This document shows, one piece after another, positions 45,818 through 60,800 of a stretch of DNA of 64,000 nucleotides. Each line of letters begins with the position of its first letter. The first letter of the stretch is position 1. Made by a program: the position numbers and the translations under genes. The DNA comes from Nitrosopumilus sp. (GTDB taxonomy: Archaea; Thermoproteota; Nitrososphaeria; Nitrososphaerales; Nitrosopumilaceae). The stretch is from positions 1,431,849 through 1,495,848 of the forward strand of contig CBDBLX010000002.1 in the NCBI GenBank assembly GCA_965207445.1. Reading direction: 5' to 3'. The notes beneath the pieces were generated by a model. It searched no databases. It worked only from the letters and a program-made list of their open reading frames with translations, and was not told where the DNA came from.

Positions 45818-48800
45818 ATGGTGAGAATAAACGCATGTGTGTGGAGAAAAATCACACCAAACTACAACAAACCACACCACTACATTGCATTATTGTTCAT
45901 AATTGTATTGTTTTCCTCACTTTATTTCACATCTACTTGTTTTGCACCATCAGATGAGTGTAAAATCATGCATGTTATGGACAAATTTGTTTGGATGGAT
46001 TCTGTTCTAAAATCCACTATACGTGACATCCCTCATGCATACGGACAGACTCCAGATTTCTCAGATAAAACAGGGTTTGTGTATGTGACAGATACCATTG
46101 AGATAAATCATCTCAACGTGAGTGGCGGCTTGTCTAATTTTGATGCGTTTGGAAGATCTGTTACATCCGCAGGAGACTTAGACGGTGATGGTGTGCCTGA
46201 GATTATAGTAGGCGCAAATCAACCCAATGCGGATAGAAAAGAAGCTAGTGGCGATGTTTATGTTGTGTTCATGAACTCTGATGGCACTGTACGTAATGCA
46301 CGTATAATGGATCAATTATCAACAAATACTAATACAGTCAACGCGATTCACCGTGGAACTTCTGTGGCCTCGCTAGGTGATCTTAACGGTGATGATATAC
46401 CCGACATTGCCATCGGCGCCAGTGGTGATACCAATACAACTAATGACCGCGGTACAATCTATATATTGTTAATGAATCGTGATGGAACAACAGATCGAAT
46501 TATTCCGATAACCCACAACACCCCAAATGGCCCGACCTTGGACATTGGAGATTTTTTTGGTAATTCGATAGCTCTTGTAGACGATCTTGATGGCAATAAT
46601 GTGCCAGATATTGCCGTCGGTGCCATTGGTGATGATGCAGGAGGAGATAGCCGCGGCGCAGTTCACATCTTGCTCATGAATTCCGACCTCACAATACGCA
46701 ACACCATCGAAATAAACTCTACGACTCCACGCGGCCCGATTTTGAACGATAAGGGTGTATTTGGGCAGTCCGTCGCATCTACAGATCTCAACAATGACGG
46801 AACTCCTGATATCATAGCTGGTACATATTTAGACAGTAATAATGGATATAGCCGCGGCGCAGTTCATATAATGTTCATGAATTCAGATGGAACCATTCAA
46901 AATACTGTAAGAATCGACGAGAGTACTACCAACGGACCGCGTCTCTCCAATGAGGCCCATTTTGGCGTTTCTGTGGCCTCTGCAGGTGATCTAGATAATG
47001 ACGGAGTTGATGATGTTCTGGTGGGCTCTTTTGAAAATAGGTCGAATACAGGATCAGTCTACATCATGCTTATGAATCCAGACGGTTCTATAAAGAGCAC
47101 ATCGAAGATAAATAGTGCTACTAGTGGCGGACCAGTTCTGTCTGCCAGGGATCGATTCGGTATCTCGGTGGCCTCAATAGGAGATCTCAATGGTGACGGA
47201 ATGCCTGATATTGTAGCAGGCGCGTCTTGGGACGATGCAGGAGGCAGAGACCGCGGTGCAGTTCATTTGATGCTACTAGATCCGATCAGGCCTGTACCCA
47301 ATTATAAAGTTCATGATACTGCGAAAATAAACATCCAAGCGGTGCAAGGATCGGGATATAACAACCAAACTTTCTTTGGAACTGTGTCCTCGATAGGTGA
47401 TATAGACTCCGACGGTACGCCGGACATTGCAGTGGGGGCCAACCAAGATAGTTCAGGAGGCAGAGACCGCGGTGCGGTCTATATATTATTGATGAATAAT
47501 GATGGAACAGTAAAGAGGGCCACTGCGATAAACTCTGCTACCCCCAGAGGACCGACCCTATCTGACGATGATTTTTTTGGAGCATCTATTGCATCAATAG
47601 GTGACATCAACGGAGATGGTACGCCGGACATTGCAGTGGGGGCCGAAGGTGATGATTCAGGAGGCACAAACAGCGGTGCGGTTTACATATTATTGATGAA
47701 TAATGATGGAACAGTAAAGAGTACAGTTAAGATAAACTCTGCTACCCCCAGAGGGCCTGCCCTGTCTTTTGGTGATCGTTTTGGAGCATCTGTTGCATCA
47801 ATAGGTGACATCAACGAGGATGGTACGCCGGACATTGCAGTTGGGGCCGAAGGTGATGATTCAGGAAGCAGAAACAGCGGTGCGGTTCACATATTATTGA
47901 TGAATAATGGTGGAACAGTAAAGAGTACAGTTAAGATAAACTCTGCTACCCCCAGAGGGCTTGCCCTGTCTAACGGTGATCGTTTTGGAGTATCTGTTGC
48001 ATCAATAGGTGACATTAACGGAGATGGTACGCCGGACATTGCAGTGGGGGCCGAAGATGATGATTCAGGAGGCACAAACCGGGGTGCGGTTCACATATTA
48101 TTGATGAATAATGGTGGAACAGTAAAGAGGACAGTTGAGATAAACTCTGCTACCCCCAGAGGGCCTGCCCTGTCTAACTATGATCGTTTTGGAGCATCTA
48201 TTGCATCAATAGGTGACATCAACGGTGATGGTACGCCAGACATTGCAGTGGGGGCACGTGATGACAGCAAAATCAAAACCCAACAGGGCGCCTTTTACAT
48301 ACTGTTGTTAAATGACGATGGAACAGTAAAGAGGTCCGTCAAGATGGATTCCAATACTCCAAACATACCGGACATGCCCGCTGATGGTCGTTTTGGAGTA
48401 TCTATTGCATTAGTAGGTGACATTAACGGAGATGGTACGCCGGACATTGCAGTGGGGGCCGACCAGGATAATTCAGGAGGCTCAAACCGTGGTGCAGTAT
48501 ACATCATATTCTTAGATAAAACTGTGGTTATACAGGGCATCACATCTAGCGCAGATGATAAAAGGTACACTCAAGGTCAAATTGATATTGACGTATTGTT
48601 TTCTGAGCCAGTCGGTGTTGTCGGCTCCCCGTATCTGACTCTGGAGACTGGTTATATTGACCGTAATGCAGTTTATGTCTCCGGTAACAATACTACAGTA
48701 CTTACATTTCGTTATACCATACAAAGGTATGATGTAACAAACGATCTTAATTATCTGTCAAAATCCTCATTGTCGTTGAACAAAAGCAAGATATTTGCAT

Positions 48801-51800
48801 CACAATCACCTCATGATCCTGCAGTACTTGAACTACCTGTACCATCACTTAAAATAGAGGTGAATCCTAGCGGTGTTTACGGGCCGCTTGCACTTAACAA
48901 GGACATTATGATATGGGCACAGTTTCCACCAAACAAGCCAATTAATCTAATAGCTGCTCCATTAAACAAACAAGTTTCACTGAAATGGTCTGCACCGATT
49001 GGTTCTTTTCTTTCTGTCATAAATTATACTGTACAGTATCGTGTCAATGACGGCATAACGCATGTATGGGAGACATTTCCAGACACGTTTTTGAACACAA
49101 CTGGTATAGTCACAGGTTTAACCAACGGAGTGCAGTATCAATTCAGGGTAAATGCCACAAATTGGGTAGGAACAGGGCCTGCTTCTGATGTCGTCCTTGC
49201 CACACCACGTACAGTTCCAGAGGCCCCGTCTAATCTGACTGCCGATCCGGGCAACGAGCAAGTGGATTTATCATGGACTGCGCCTCGTGATGGCGGCTCT
49301 CCGATAACAGGTTATATCGTAGAGTACACATCAAACAACGGCGCTTCGTGGAGTGAGTTTGCAGACATCACTGACACATATGCCAACGTCACGGGCCTAA
49401 CAAACGGACAACAGTATCATTTCAGAGTAAATGCCACAAATTTGGCCGGGATAGGGCCTGCTTCTGATGTCGTCCCTGCCACACCCGTGACTCACCCAGG
49501 GGCCCCAGAAAATCTGATAGCGACAGTAAACGGCACCACCATAGAACTCACATGGGATCCGCCTGCAAACGATGGAGGCGCTACAATTACATCATATACT
49601 GTCCAACAAAGTACAGATGGCATAACATGGGATACGGTACCTGATTTGAACAGTGCAGATACCAAAGCAACTACACCCAACGTGCTACTTAACACAAAAT
49701 ACAGCTTCCGCGTGAATGCCACAAATGCAATAGGGACAGGGCCTGCTTCTGACATTGTTATGTCACTTATTGACACTAAACCCTCCGTCAGGCTTTCGAC
49801 GAATATTATAGGTCCCACATCTTTGGACGCTATACCGTTTACGATCTCCGTTAATGAACGCGTAACTGGGCTCGAAGCATCTGAGATTTCTACATCTTCT
49901 GGCATCGTAAAGAATCTTGTTTTAGGAAACTATACATTTGGTGAACTGGGTAGTGGTGACGGAGAGTTTCTCGTCCCGTTTGGAATTGCCATAAATGGTA
50001 CAGGGCATGTGTATGTTACTGATTCAGATAACCACCGCGTCCAGATATTTGATGCAGCAGGCGCGTACTTGGGCGAGTTTGGTGAACCGGGTAGTGGTGA
50101 CGGAGAGTTTCTCTACCCGTTTGGAATTGCCATAAATGGTACAGGGCATGTGTATGTTATTGACTTCGCTGGCGACCGTGTCCAGATATTTGATGCAGCA
50201 GGCGCGTACTTGGGTGAGTTTGGTAGACGGGGTAGTGGTGACGGAGAGTTTGACGGACCGATTGGGATTGCCATAAATGGTACAGGGCATGTGTATGTTA
50301 CTGACAATCGTGTCCACCGCGTCCAGATATTTGATGCAGCAGGCGCGTACTTGGGTGAGTTTGGTAGACAGGGTAGTGGTGACGGAGAGTTTGAGAGACC
50401 AAGTGGAATTTCCATAAATGGTACAGGGCATGTGTATGTTGCTGATTCAGGTAACCGCCGCGTCCAGATATTTGATGTAGCAGGCGCGTACTTGGGTGAG
50501 TTTGGTAGTGAGGGCAGCGGCAACAGTGAGTTTAGAAACCCGTATGAAATTGCCATAAATGATGCAGGACATGTGTATGTTGCCGATACAGTTAACGACC
50601 ACGTCCAGATATTTGATGCAACAGGCATGTATCTTGACAAAATCGTCAGTTCAGACTTGACACGTGATCTTGACAATCCAATTGCTGTGGCGATTCGTGG
50701 CATGTCTTTGTATATTATAGACTCGGGTACTAGTCACGTTCATGTATTGCGCAACTTTTACACCTTTGAAGTACACAATCCTTCCGTTGGAACTCTTCAG
50801 GTCCATATACCTGCAGATGTGGTACAGGATGATGTAGGCAACAATAATACCGCATCCAATATAATCCGAATTTCAATCGTTACGGTTCCAGGTGTTCCGC
50901 AGAATTTGGTAGCTACTCCAGGTGATGCTACAGTCACCCTCGCATGGGACCCGCCTAAAAATGACGGTGGTGCTGCTATAATATCATATGTTGTACAGCA
51001 GAGTATTGACGGTGTCATATGGACTCTGGTGCCTGATTCAGATAATAGTGATACGACTGCAACACCTATCGAATTGACAAATGACAGTCAATATCAATTT
51101 CGCGTTAATGCCACAAACATTGCCGGAACAGGTCCTGCATCTATCGTCTCTGCCACCCCTACGGACACCACTCTGCCATCTGTTACCATCAACAACGTAA
51201 CAATGGAAGCAACAGGTGCCGCAACTAGTGTCAACATTGGCTATCCAGAGATAACTGATGCATCAGGTGGCCCATATACCGTAACACACAACGCAACTGG
51301 AAATGTACAGACCACATCAGGTGCTAGTAATGTGACCGTATCACTTGGTGTGGGTATGATTATAGTGCAGTGGAGCGTCACGGATCCCTCAGATAACATA
51401 GGTACTGCTCTCCAAATGGTGGACGTCACAGACACCACCCCGCCTACTATCACCCTGACTGGGTCGGCTTCTGTCACCGTGACGCTGGGCGGCACATATG
51501 AAGAAGAGGGGGCAGTCTGCTCTGATATTGTGGATGCTGACAAGTCAGCCACTAACTGTAGGGGGCGACACAGTTAACACTGACTCGACTGGTCAATACA
51601 CCATACAGTATACCTGCACAGATACAGCAGGTAATGAGGCCACACCTGTAGATCGTACCGTGACCGTCCATGATCCGACAGCTCCGTCTATTTCCATCAA
51701 CGACGTAACAATGGAAGCAACAGGTGCCACAACTAGTGTCAACATTGGCTATCCAGAGATAACTGATGCATCAGGTGGCCCATATATCGTAACACACAAC

Positions 51801-54800
51801 GCAACTGGAAATGTACAGACCACACCAGATACTAGTAATGTGACCGTATCACTTGGTGTTGGTAGGATTATAGTGCAGTGGAGCGTCACGGATCCCTCAG
51901 ATAACATAGGTACTGCGCTCCAAATGGTGGACGTCACAGACACCACCCCGCCATCTGTTGTTATAGACAACATAACAATGGAAGCAACAGGTGCCACAAC
52001 TAGTGTCAACATTGGCTATCCAGAGATAACTGATGCATCAGGTGGCCCATATATCGTAACACACAACGCAACTGGAAATGTACAGACCACACCAGATACT
52101 AGTAATGTGACCGTATCACTTGGTGTGGGTATGATTATAGTGCAGTGGAGCGTCATGGATCCCTCAGATAACATAGGTACTGCTCTCCAAATGGTGGACG
52201 TCACAGACACCACCCCGCCTACTATCACCCTGACTGGGTCGGCTTCTGTCACCGTGACGCTGGGCGGCACATATGAAGAAGAGGGGCAGTCTGCTCTGAT
52301 ATTGTGGATGCTGACAAGTCAGCCACTGTAGGGGGCGACACAGTTAACACTGACTCGACGGGTCAATACACCATACAGTATACCTGCACAGATACAGCAG
52401 GTAATGAGGCCACACCTGTAGATCGTACCGTGACCGTCCATGATCCGACAGCTCCGTCTGTTGTTATAGACAACATAACAATGGAAGCAACAGGTGCCAC
52501 GACTAGTGTCAATATTGGCTATCCAGAGATAACTGATGCATCAGGTGGCCCATATATCGTAACACACAACGCAACTGGAAATGTACAGACCACACCAGAT
52601 ACTAGTAATGTGACCGTATCACTTGGTGTGGGTATGATTATAGTGCAGTGGAGCGTCACGGATCCCTCAGATAACATAGGTACTGCGCTCCAAATGGTGG
52701 ACGTCACAGACACCACCCCGCCATCTGTTGTTATAGACAACATAACAATGGAAGCAACAGGTGCCACAACTAGTGTCAACATTGGCTATCCAGAGATAAC
52801 TGATGCATCAGGTGGCCCATATATCGTAACACACAACGCAACTGGAAATGTACAGACCACACCAGATACTAGTAATGTGACCGTATCACTTGGTGTGGGT
52901 AGGATTATAGTGCAGTGGAGCGTTATGGATCCCTCAGATAACATAGGTACTGCTCTCCAAATGGTGGACGTCACAGACACCACCCCGCCTACTATCACCC
53001 TGACTGGGTGGCTTCTGTCACCGTGACGCTGGGCGGCACATATGAAGAAGAGGGGCAGTCTGCTCTGATATTGTGGATGCTGACAAGTCAGCCACTGTAG
53101 GGGGCGACACAGTTAACACTGACTCGACGGGTCAATACACCATACAGTATACCTGCACAGATACAGCAGGTAATGAGGCCACACCTGTAGATCGTACCGT
53201 GACCGTCCATGATCCGACAGCTCCGTCTGTTGTTATAGACAACGTAACAATGGAGGCAACAGGTGCCACAACTAGTGTCAATATTGGCTATCCAGAGATA
53301 ACTGATGCATCAGGTGGCCCATATACCGTAACACATAACGCAACTGGAAATGTACAGACCACACCAGATACTAGTAATGTGACCGTATCACTTGGTGTGG
53401 GTAGATTATAGTGCAGTGGAGCGTCACGGATCCCTCAAATAACATAGGTACTGCTCTCCAAATGGTGGACGTCACAGACATTATAGACAACATAACAATG
53501 CAACAGGTGCCACAACTAGTGTCAACATTGGCTATCCAGAGATAACTGATGCATCAGGTGGCCCCGTAACACATAACGCAACTGGAAATGTACAGACCAC
53601 TCCAAACTAGTAATGTGACGTATCACAGATTATAGTGCAGTACGGATCCCTCAGATAACATAGGACTGTCGGCTTCTGTCACCTCCAAATGGTGGACGTC
53701 ACAGACACCACCCCGCCTACTATCACCCTGACTGGGCTTCTGTCACCGTGACGTTGGGTGGCACATATGAAGAAGAGGGGAGCAGTCTGCTCTGATATTG
53801 TGGATGCTGACAAGCCAGCCACTGTAGGGGGCGACACAGTTAACACTGACTCGACGGGTCAATACACCATACAGTATACCTGCACAGATACAGCAGGTAA
53901 TGAGGCCACACCTGTAGATCGTACCGTGACCGTCCATGATCCGACAGCTCCGTCTGTTGTTATAGACAACGTAACAATGGAGGCAACAGGTGCCACGACT
54001 AGTGTCAATATTGGCTATCCAGAGATAACTGATGCATCAGGTGGCCCATATACCGTAACACATAACGCAACTGGAAATGTACAGACCACATCAGGTGCTA
54101 GTAATGTGACCGTATCACTTGGTGTTGGTAGGATTATAGTGCAGTGGAACGTCACGGATCCCTCAAATAACATAGGTACTGCTCTCCAAATGGTGGACGT
54201 CACAGACACCACCCCGCCATCTGTTGTTATAGACAACGTAACAATGGAAGCAACAGGTGCCACAACTAGTGTCAATATTGGCTATCCAGAGATAACTGAT
54301 GCATCAGGTGGCCCATATACCGTAACACACAACGCAACTGGAAATGTACAGACCACATCAGGTGCTAGTAATGTGACCGTATCATTTGGTGTTGGTAGGA
54401 TTATAGTGCAGTGGAGCGTTATGGATCCCTCAGATAACATAGGTACTGCTCTCCAAATGGTGGACGTCACAGACACCACCCCGCCTACTATCACCCTGAC
54501 TGGGTCGGCTTCTGTCACCGTGACGTTGGGTGACACATATGAAGAAGAGGGAGCAGTCTGCTCTGATATTGTGGATGCTGACAAGCCAGCCACTGTAGGG
54601 GGCGACACAGTTAACACTGACTCGACGGGTCAATACACCATACAGTATACCTGCACAGATACAGCAGGTAATGAGGCCACACCTGTAGATCGTACCGTGA
54701 CCGTCCATGATCCGACAGCTCCGTCTGTTGTTATAGACAACGTAACAATGGAGGCAACAGGTGCCACGACTAGTGTCAATATTGGCTATCCAGAGATAAC

Positions 54801-57800
54801 TGATGCATCAGGTGGCCCATATACCGTAACACACAACGCAACTGGAAATGTACAGACCACATCAGGTGCTAGTAATGTGACCGTATCATTTGGTGTTGGT
54901 AGGATTATAGTGCAGTGGAGCGTTATGGATCCCTCAGATAACATAGGTACTGCTCTCCAAATGGTGGACGTCACAGACACCACCCCGCCTACTATCACCC
55001 TGACTGGGTCGGCTTCTGTCACCGTGACGTTGGGTGACACATATGAAGAAGAGGGAGCAGTCTGCTCTGATATTGTGGATGCTGACAAGCCAGCCACTGT
55101 AGGGGGCGACACAGTTAACACTGACTCGACGGGTCAATACACCATACAGTATACCTGCACAGATACAGCAGGTAATGAGGCCACACCTGTAGATCGTACC
55201 GTGACCGTCCATGATCCGACAGCTCCGTCTGTTGTTATAGACAACGTAACAATGGAGGCAACAGGTGCCACGACTAGTGTCAATATTGGCTATCCAGAGA
55301 TAACTGATGCATCAGGTGGCCCATATATCGTAACACACAACGCAACTGGAAATGTACAGACCACATCAGGTGCTAGTAATGTGACCGTATCACTTGGTGT
55401 TGGTAGGATTATAGTGCAGTGGAACGTCACGGATCCCTCAAATAACATAGGTACTGCGCTCCAAATGGTGGACGTCACAGACACCACCCCGCCATCTGTT
55501 GTTATAGACGACGTAACAATGGAAGCAACAGGTGCCACAACTAGTGTCAATATTGGCTATCCAGAGATAACTGATGCATCAGGTGGCCCATATATCGTAA
55601 CACACAACGCAACTGGAAATGTACAGACCACATCAGGTGCTAGTAATGTGACCGTATCATTTGGTGTTGGTAGGATTATAGTGCAGTGGAGCGTTATGGA
55701 TCCCTCAGATAACATAGGTACTGCTCTCCAAATGGTGGACGTCACAGACACCACCCCGCCTACTATCACCCTGACTGGGTCGGCTTCTGTCACCGTGACG
55801 CTGGGTGACACATATGAAGAAGAGGGAGCAGTCTGCTCTGATATTGTGGATGCTGACAAGCCAGCCACTGTAGGGGGCGACACAGTTAACACTGACTCGA
55901 CGGGTCAATACACCATACAGTATACCTGCACAGATACAGCAGGTAATGAGGCCACACCTGTAGATCGTACCGTGACCGTCCATGATCCGACAGCTCCGTC
56001 TGTTGTTATAGACAACGTAACAATGGAAGCAACAGGTGCCACAACTAGTGTCAATATTGGCTATCCAGAGATAACTGATGCATCAGGTGGCCCATATATC
56101 GTAACACACAACGCAACTGGAAATGTACAGACCACATCAACTAGTAATGTGACCGTATCACTTGGTGTTGGTAGGATTATAGTGCAGTGGAACGTCACAG
56201 ATCCCTCAAATAACATAGGTACTGCGCTCCAAATGGTGGACGTCACAGACACCACCCCGCCATCTGTTGTTATAGACAACATAACAATGGAAGCAACAGG
56301 TGCCACAACTAGTGTCAACATTGGCTATCCAGAGATAACTGATGCATCAGGTGGCCCATATATCGTAACACACAACGCAACTGGAAATGTACAGACCACA
56401 CCAGATGCTAGTAATGTGACCGTATCACTTGGTGTTGGTATGATTATAGTGCAGTGGAGCGTTATGGATCCCTCAGATAACATAGGTACTGCTCTCCAAA
56501 TGGTGGACGTCACAGACACCACCCCGCCTACTATCACCCTGACTGGGTCGGCTTCTGTCACCGTGACGTTGGGTGACACATATGAAGAAGAGGGAGCAGT
56601 CTGCTCTGATATTGTGGATGCTGACAAGCCAGCCACTGTAGGGGGCGACACAGTTAACACTGACTCGACGGGTCAATACACCATACAGTATACCTGCACA
56701 GATACAGCAGGTAATGAGGCCACACCTGTAGATCGTACCGTGACCGTCCATGATCCGACAGCTCCGTCTGTTGTTATAGACAACGTAACAATGGAGGCAA
56801 CAGGTGCCACAACTAGTGTCAATATTGGCTATCCAGAGATAACTGATGCATCAGGTGGCCCATATATCGTAACACATAACGCAACTGGAAATGTACAGAC
56901 CACATCAGGTGCTAGTAATGTGACCGTATCACTTGGTGTTGGTAGGATTATAGTGCAGTGGAACGTCACGGATCCCTCAAATAACATAGGTACTGCTCTC
57001 CAAATGGTGGACGTCACAGACACCACCCCGCCATCTGTTGTTATAGACAACGTAACAATGGAAGCAACAGGTGCCACAACTAGTGTCAATATTGGCTATC
57101 CAGAGATAACTGATGCATCAGGTGGCCCATATACCGTAACACACAACGCAACTGGAAATGTACAGACCACATCAGGTGCTAGTAATGTGACCGTATCATT
57201 TGGTGTTGGTAGGATTATAGTGCAGTGGAGCGTTATGGATCCCTCAGATAACATAGGTACTGCTCTCCAAATGGTGGACGTCACAGACACCACCCCGCCT
57301 ACTATCACCCTGACTGGGTGGCTTCTGTCACCGTGACGTTGGGTGACACATATGAAGAAGAGGGAGCAGTCTGCTCTGATATTGTGGATGCTGACAAGCC
57401 AGCCACTGTAGGGGGCGACACAGTTAACACTGACTCGACGGGTCAATACACCATACAGTATACCTGCACAGATACAGCAGGTAATGAGGCCACACCTGTA
57501 GATCGTACCGTGACCGTCCATGATCCGACAGCTCCGTCTGTTGTTATAGACAACGTAACAATGGAAGCAACAGGTGCCACAACTAGTGTCAATATTGGCT
57601 ATCCAGAGATAACTGATGCATCAGGTGGCCCATATATCGTAACACACAACGCAACTGGAAATGTACAGACCACATCAGGTGCTAGTAATGTGACCGTATC
57701 ATTTGGTGTTGGTAGGATTATAGTGCAGTGGAGCGTTATGGATCCCTCAAATAACATAGGTACTGCTCTCCAAATGGTGGACGTCACAGACACCACCCCG

Positions 57801-60800
57801 CCTACTATCACCCTGACTGGGTCGGCTTCTGTCACCGTGACGTTGGGTGACACATATGAAGAAGAGGGAGCAGTCTGCTCTGATATTGTGGATGCTGACA
57901 AGCCAGCCACTGTAGGGGGCGACACAGTTAACACTGACTCGACGGGTCAATACACTATACAGTATACCTGCACAGATACAGCAGGTAATGAGGCCACACC
58001 TGTAGATCGTACCGTGACCGTCCATGATCCGACAGCTCCGTCTGTTTCCATCAACGACGTAACAATGGAGGCAACAGGTGCCACAACTAGTGTCAATATT
58101 GGCTATCCAGAGATAACTGATGCATCAGGTGGCCCATATATCGTAACACACAACGCAACTGGAAATGTACAGACCACATCAGGTGCTAGTAATGTGACCG
58201 TATCACTTGGTGTTGGTAGGATTATAGTGCAGTGGAGCGTCATGGATCCCTCAGATAACATAGGTACTGCTCTCCAAATGGTGGACGTCACAGACACCAC
58301 CCCGCCTACTATCACCCTGACTGGGTCGGCTTCTGTCACCGTGACGCTGGGTGACACATATGAAGAAGAGGGAGCAGTCTGCTCTGATATTGTGGATGCT
58401 GACAAGCCAGCCACTGTAGGGGGCGACACAGTTAACACTGACTCGACGGGTCAATACACCATACAGTATACCTGCACAGATACAGCAGGTAATGAGGCCA
58501 CACCTGTAGATCGTACCGTGACCGTCCATGATCCGACAGCTCCGTCTATTTCCATCAACGACGTAACAATGGAAGCAACAGGTGCCACAACTAGTGTCAA
58601 TATTGGCTATCCAGAGATAACTGATGCATCAGGTGGCCCATATATCGTAACACACAACGCAACTGGAAATGTACAGACCACACCAGATACTAGTAATGTG
58701 ACCGTATCACTTGGTGTGGGTATGATTATAGTGCAGTGGAACGTCACAGATCCCTCAAATAACATAGGTACTGCTCTCCAAATGGTGGACGTCACAGACA
58801 CCACCCCGCCATCTGTTGTTATAGACAACATAACAATGGAAGCAACAGGTGCCACAACTAGTGTCAATATTGGCTATCCAGAGATAACTGATGCATCAGG
58901 TGGCCCATATATCGTAACACACAACGCAACTGGAAATGTACAGACCACACCAGGTGCTAGTAATGTGACCGTATCACTTGGTGTTGGTAGGATTATAGTG
59001 CAGTGGAGCGTTATGGATCCCTCAGATAACATAGGTACTGCTCTCCAAATGGTGGACGTCACAGACACCACCCCGCCTACTATCACCCTGACTGGGTCGG
59101 CTTCTGTCACCGTGACGCTGGGTGACACATATGAAGAAGAGGGAGCAGTCTGCTCTGATATTGTGGATGCTGACAAGCCAGCCACTGTAGGGGGCGACAC
59201 AGTTAACACTGACTCGACTGGTCAATATACTGTGCAGTATACCTGCACAGATACAGCAGGTAATGAGGCCACACCTGTAGATCGTACCGTGACCGTCCAT
59301 GATCCGACAGCTCCGTCTGTTGTTATAGACAACGTAACAATGGAGGCAACAGGTGCCACAACTAGTGTCAATATTGGCTATCCAGAGATAACTGATGCAT
59401 CAGGTGGCCCATATATCGTAACACATAACGCAACTGGAAATGTACAGACCACATCAGGTGCTAGTAATGTGACCGTATCATTTGGTGTTGGTAGGATTAT
59501 AGTGCAGTGGAGCGTCACGGATCCCTCAGATAACATAGGTACTGCTCTCCAAATGGTGGACGTCACAGACACCACCCCGCCTACTATCACCCTGACTGGG
59601 TCGGCTTCTGTCACCGTGACGCTGGGTGACACATATGAAGAAGAGGGAGCAGTCTGCTCTGATATTGTGGATGCTGACAAGCCAGCCACTGTAGGGGGCG
59701 ACACAGTTAACACTGACTCGACGGGTCAATACACCATACAGTATACCTGCACAGATACAGCAGGTAATGAGGCCACACCTGTAGATCGTACCGTGACCGT
59801 CCATGATCCGACAGCTCCGTCTATTTCCATCAACGACGTAACAATGGAAGCAACAGGTGCCACAACTAGTGTCAATATTGGCTATCCAGAGATAACTGAT
59901 GCATCAGGTGGCCCATATATCGTAACACATAACGCAACTGGAAATGTACAGACCACATCAGGTGCTAGTAATGTGACCGTATCACTTGGTGTTGGTAGGA
60001 TTATAGTGCAGTGGAGCGTCATGGATCCCTCAAATAACATAGGTACTGCTCTCCAAATGGTGGACGTCACAGACACCACCCCGCCTACTATCACCCTGAC
60101 TGGGTCGGCTTCTGTCACCGTGACGCTGGGTGACACATATGAAGAAGAGGGAGCAGTCTGCTCTGATATTGTGGATGCTGACAAGCCAGCCACTGTAGGG
60201 GGCGACACAGTTAACACTGACTCGACGGGTCAATACACCATACAGTATACCTGCACAGATACAGCAGGTAATGAGGCCACACCTGTAGATCGTACCGTGA
60301 CCGTCCATGATCCGACAGCTCCGTCTATTTCCATCAACGACGTAACAATGGAAGCAACAGGTGCCACAACTAGTGTCAACATTGGCTATCCAGAGATAAC
60401 TGATGCATCAGGTGGCCCATATATCGTAACACACAACGCAACTGGAAATGTACAGACCACACCAGATACTAGTAATGTGACCGTATCACTTGGTGTGGGT
60501 ATGATTATAGTGCAGTGGAACGTCACGGATCCCTCAAATAACATAGGTACTGCTCTCCAAATGGTGGACGTCACAGACACCACCCCGCCATCTGTTGTTA
60601 TAGACAACATAACAATGGAAGCAACAGGTGCCACAACTAGTGTCAACATTGGCTATCCAGAGATAACTGATGCATCAGGTGGCCCATATATCGTAACACA
60701 CAACGCAACTGGAAATGTACAGACCACACCAGATACTAGTAATGTGACCGTATCACTTGGTGTGGGTATGATTATAGTGCAGTGGAGCGTCACGGATCCC

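Noticed and set aside
45117..45855. Short ORFs 45117-45302, 45205-45564, 45492-45824 and 45622-45855
   Set aside because: Mutually overlapping, low-complexity, with no recognisable motifs; pairing evidence favours RNA.
45818..51160. Diversity-generating retroelement acting on the adhesin
   Set aside because: No reverse transcriptase or template repeat in the window; variation is not adenine-specific.
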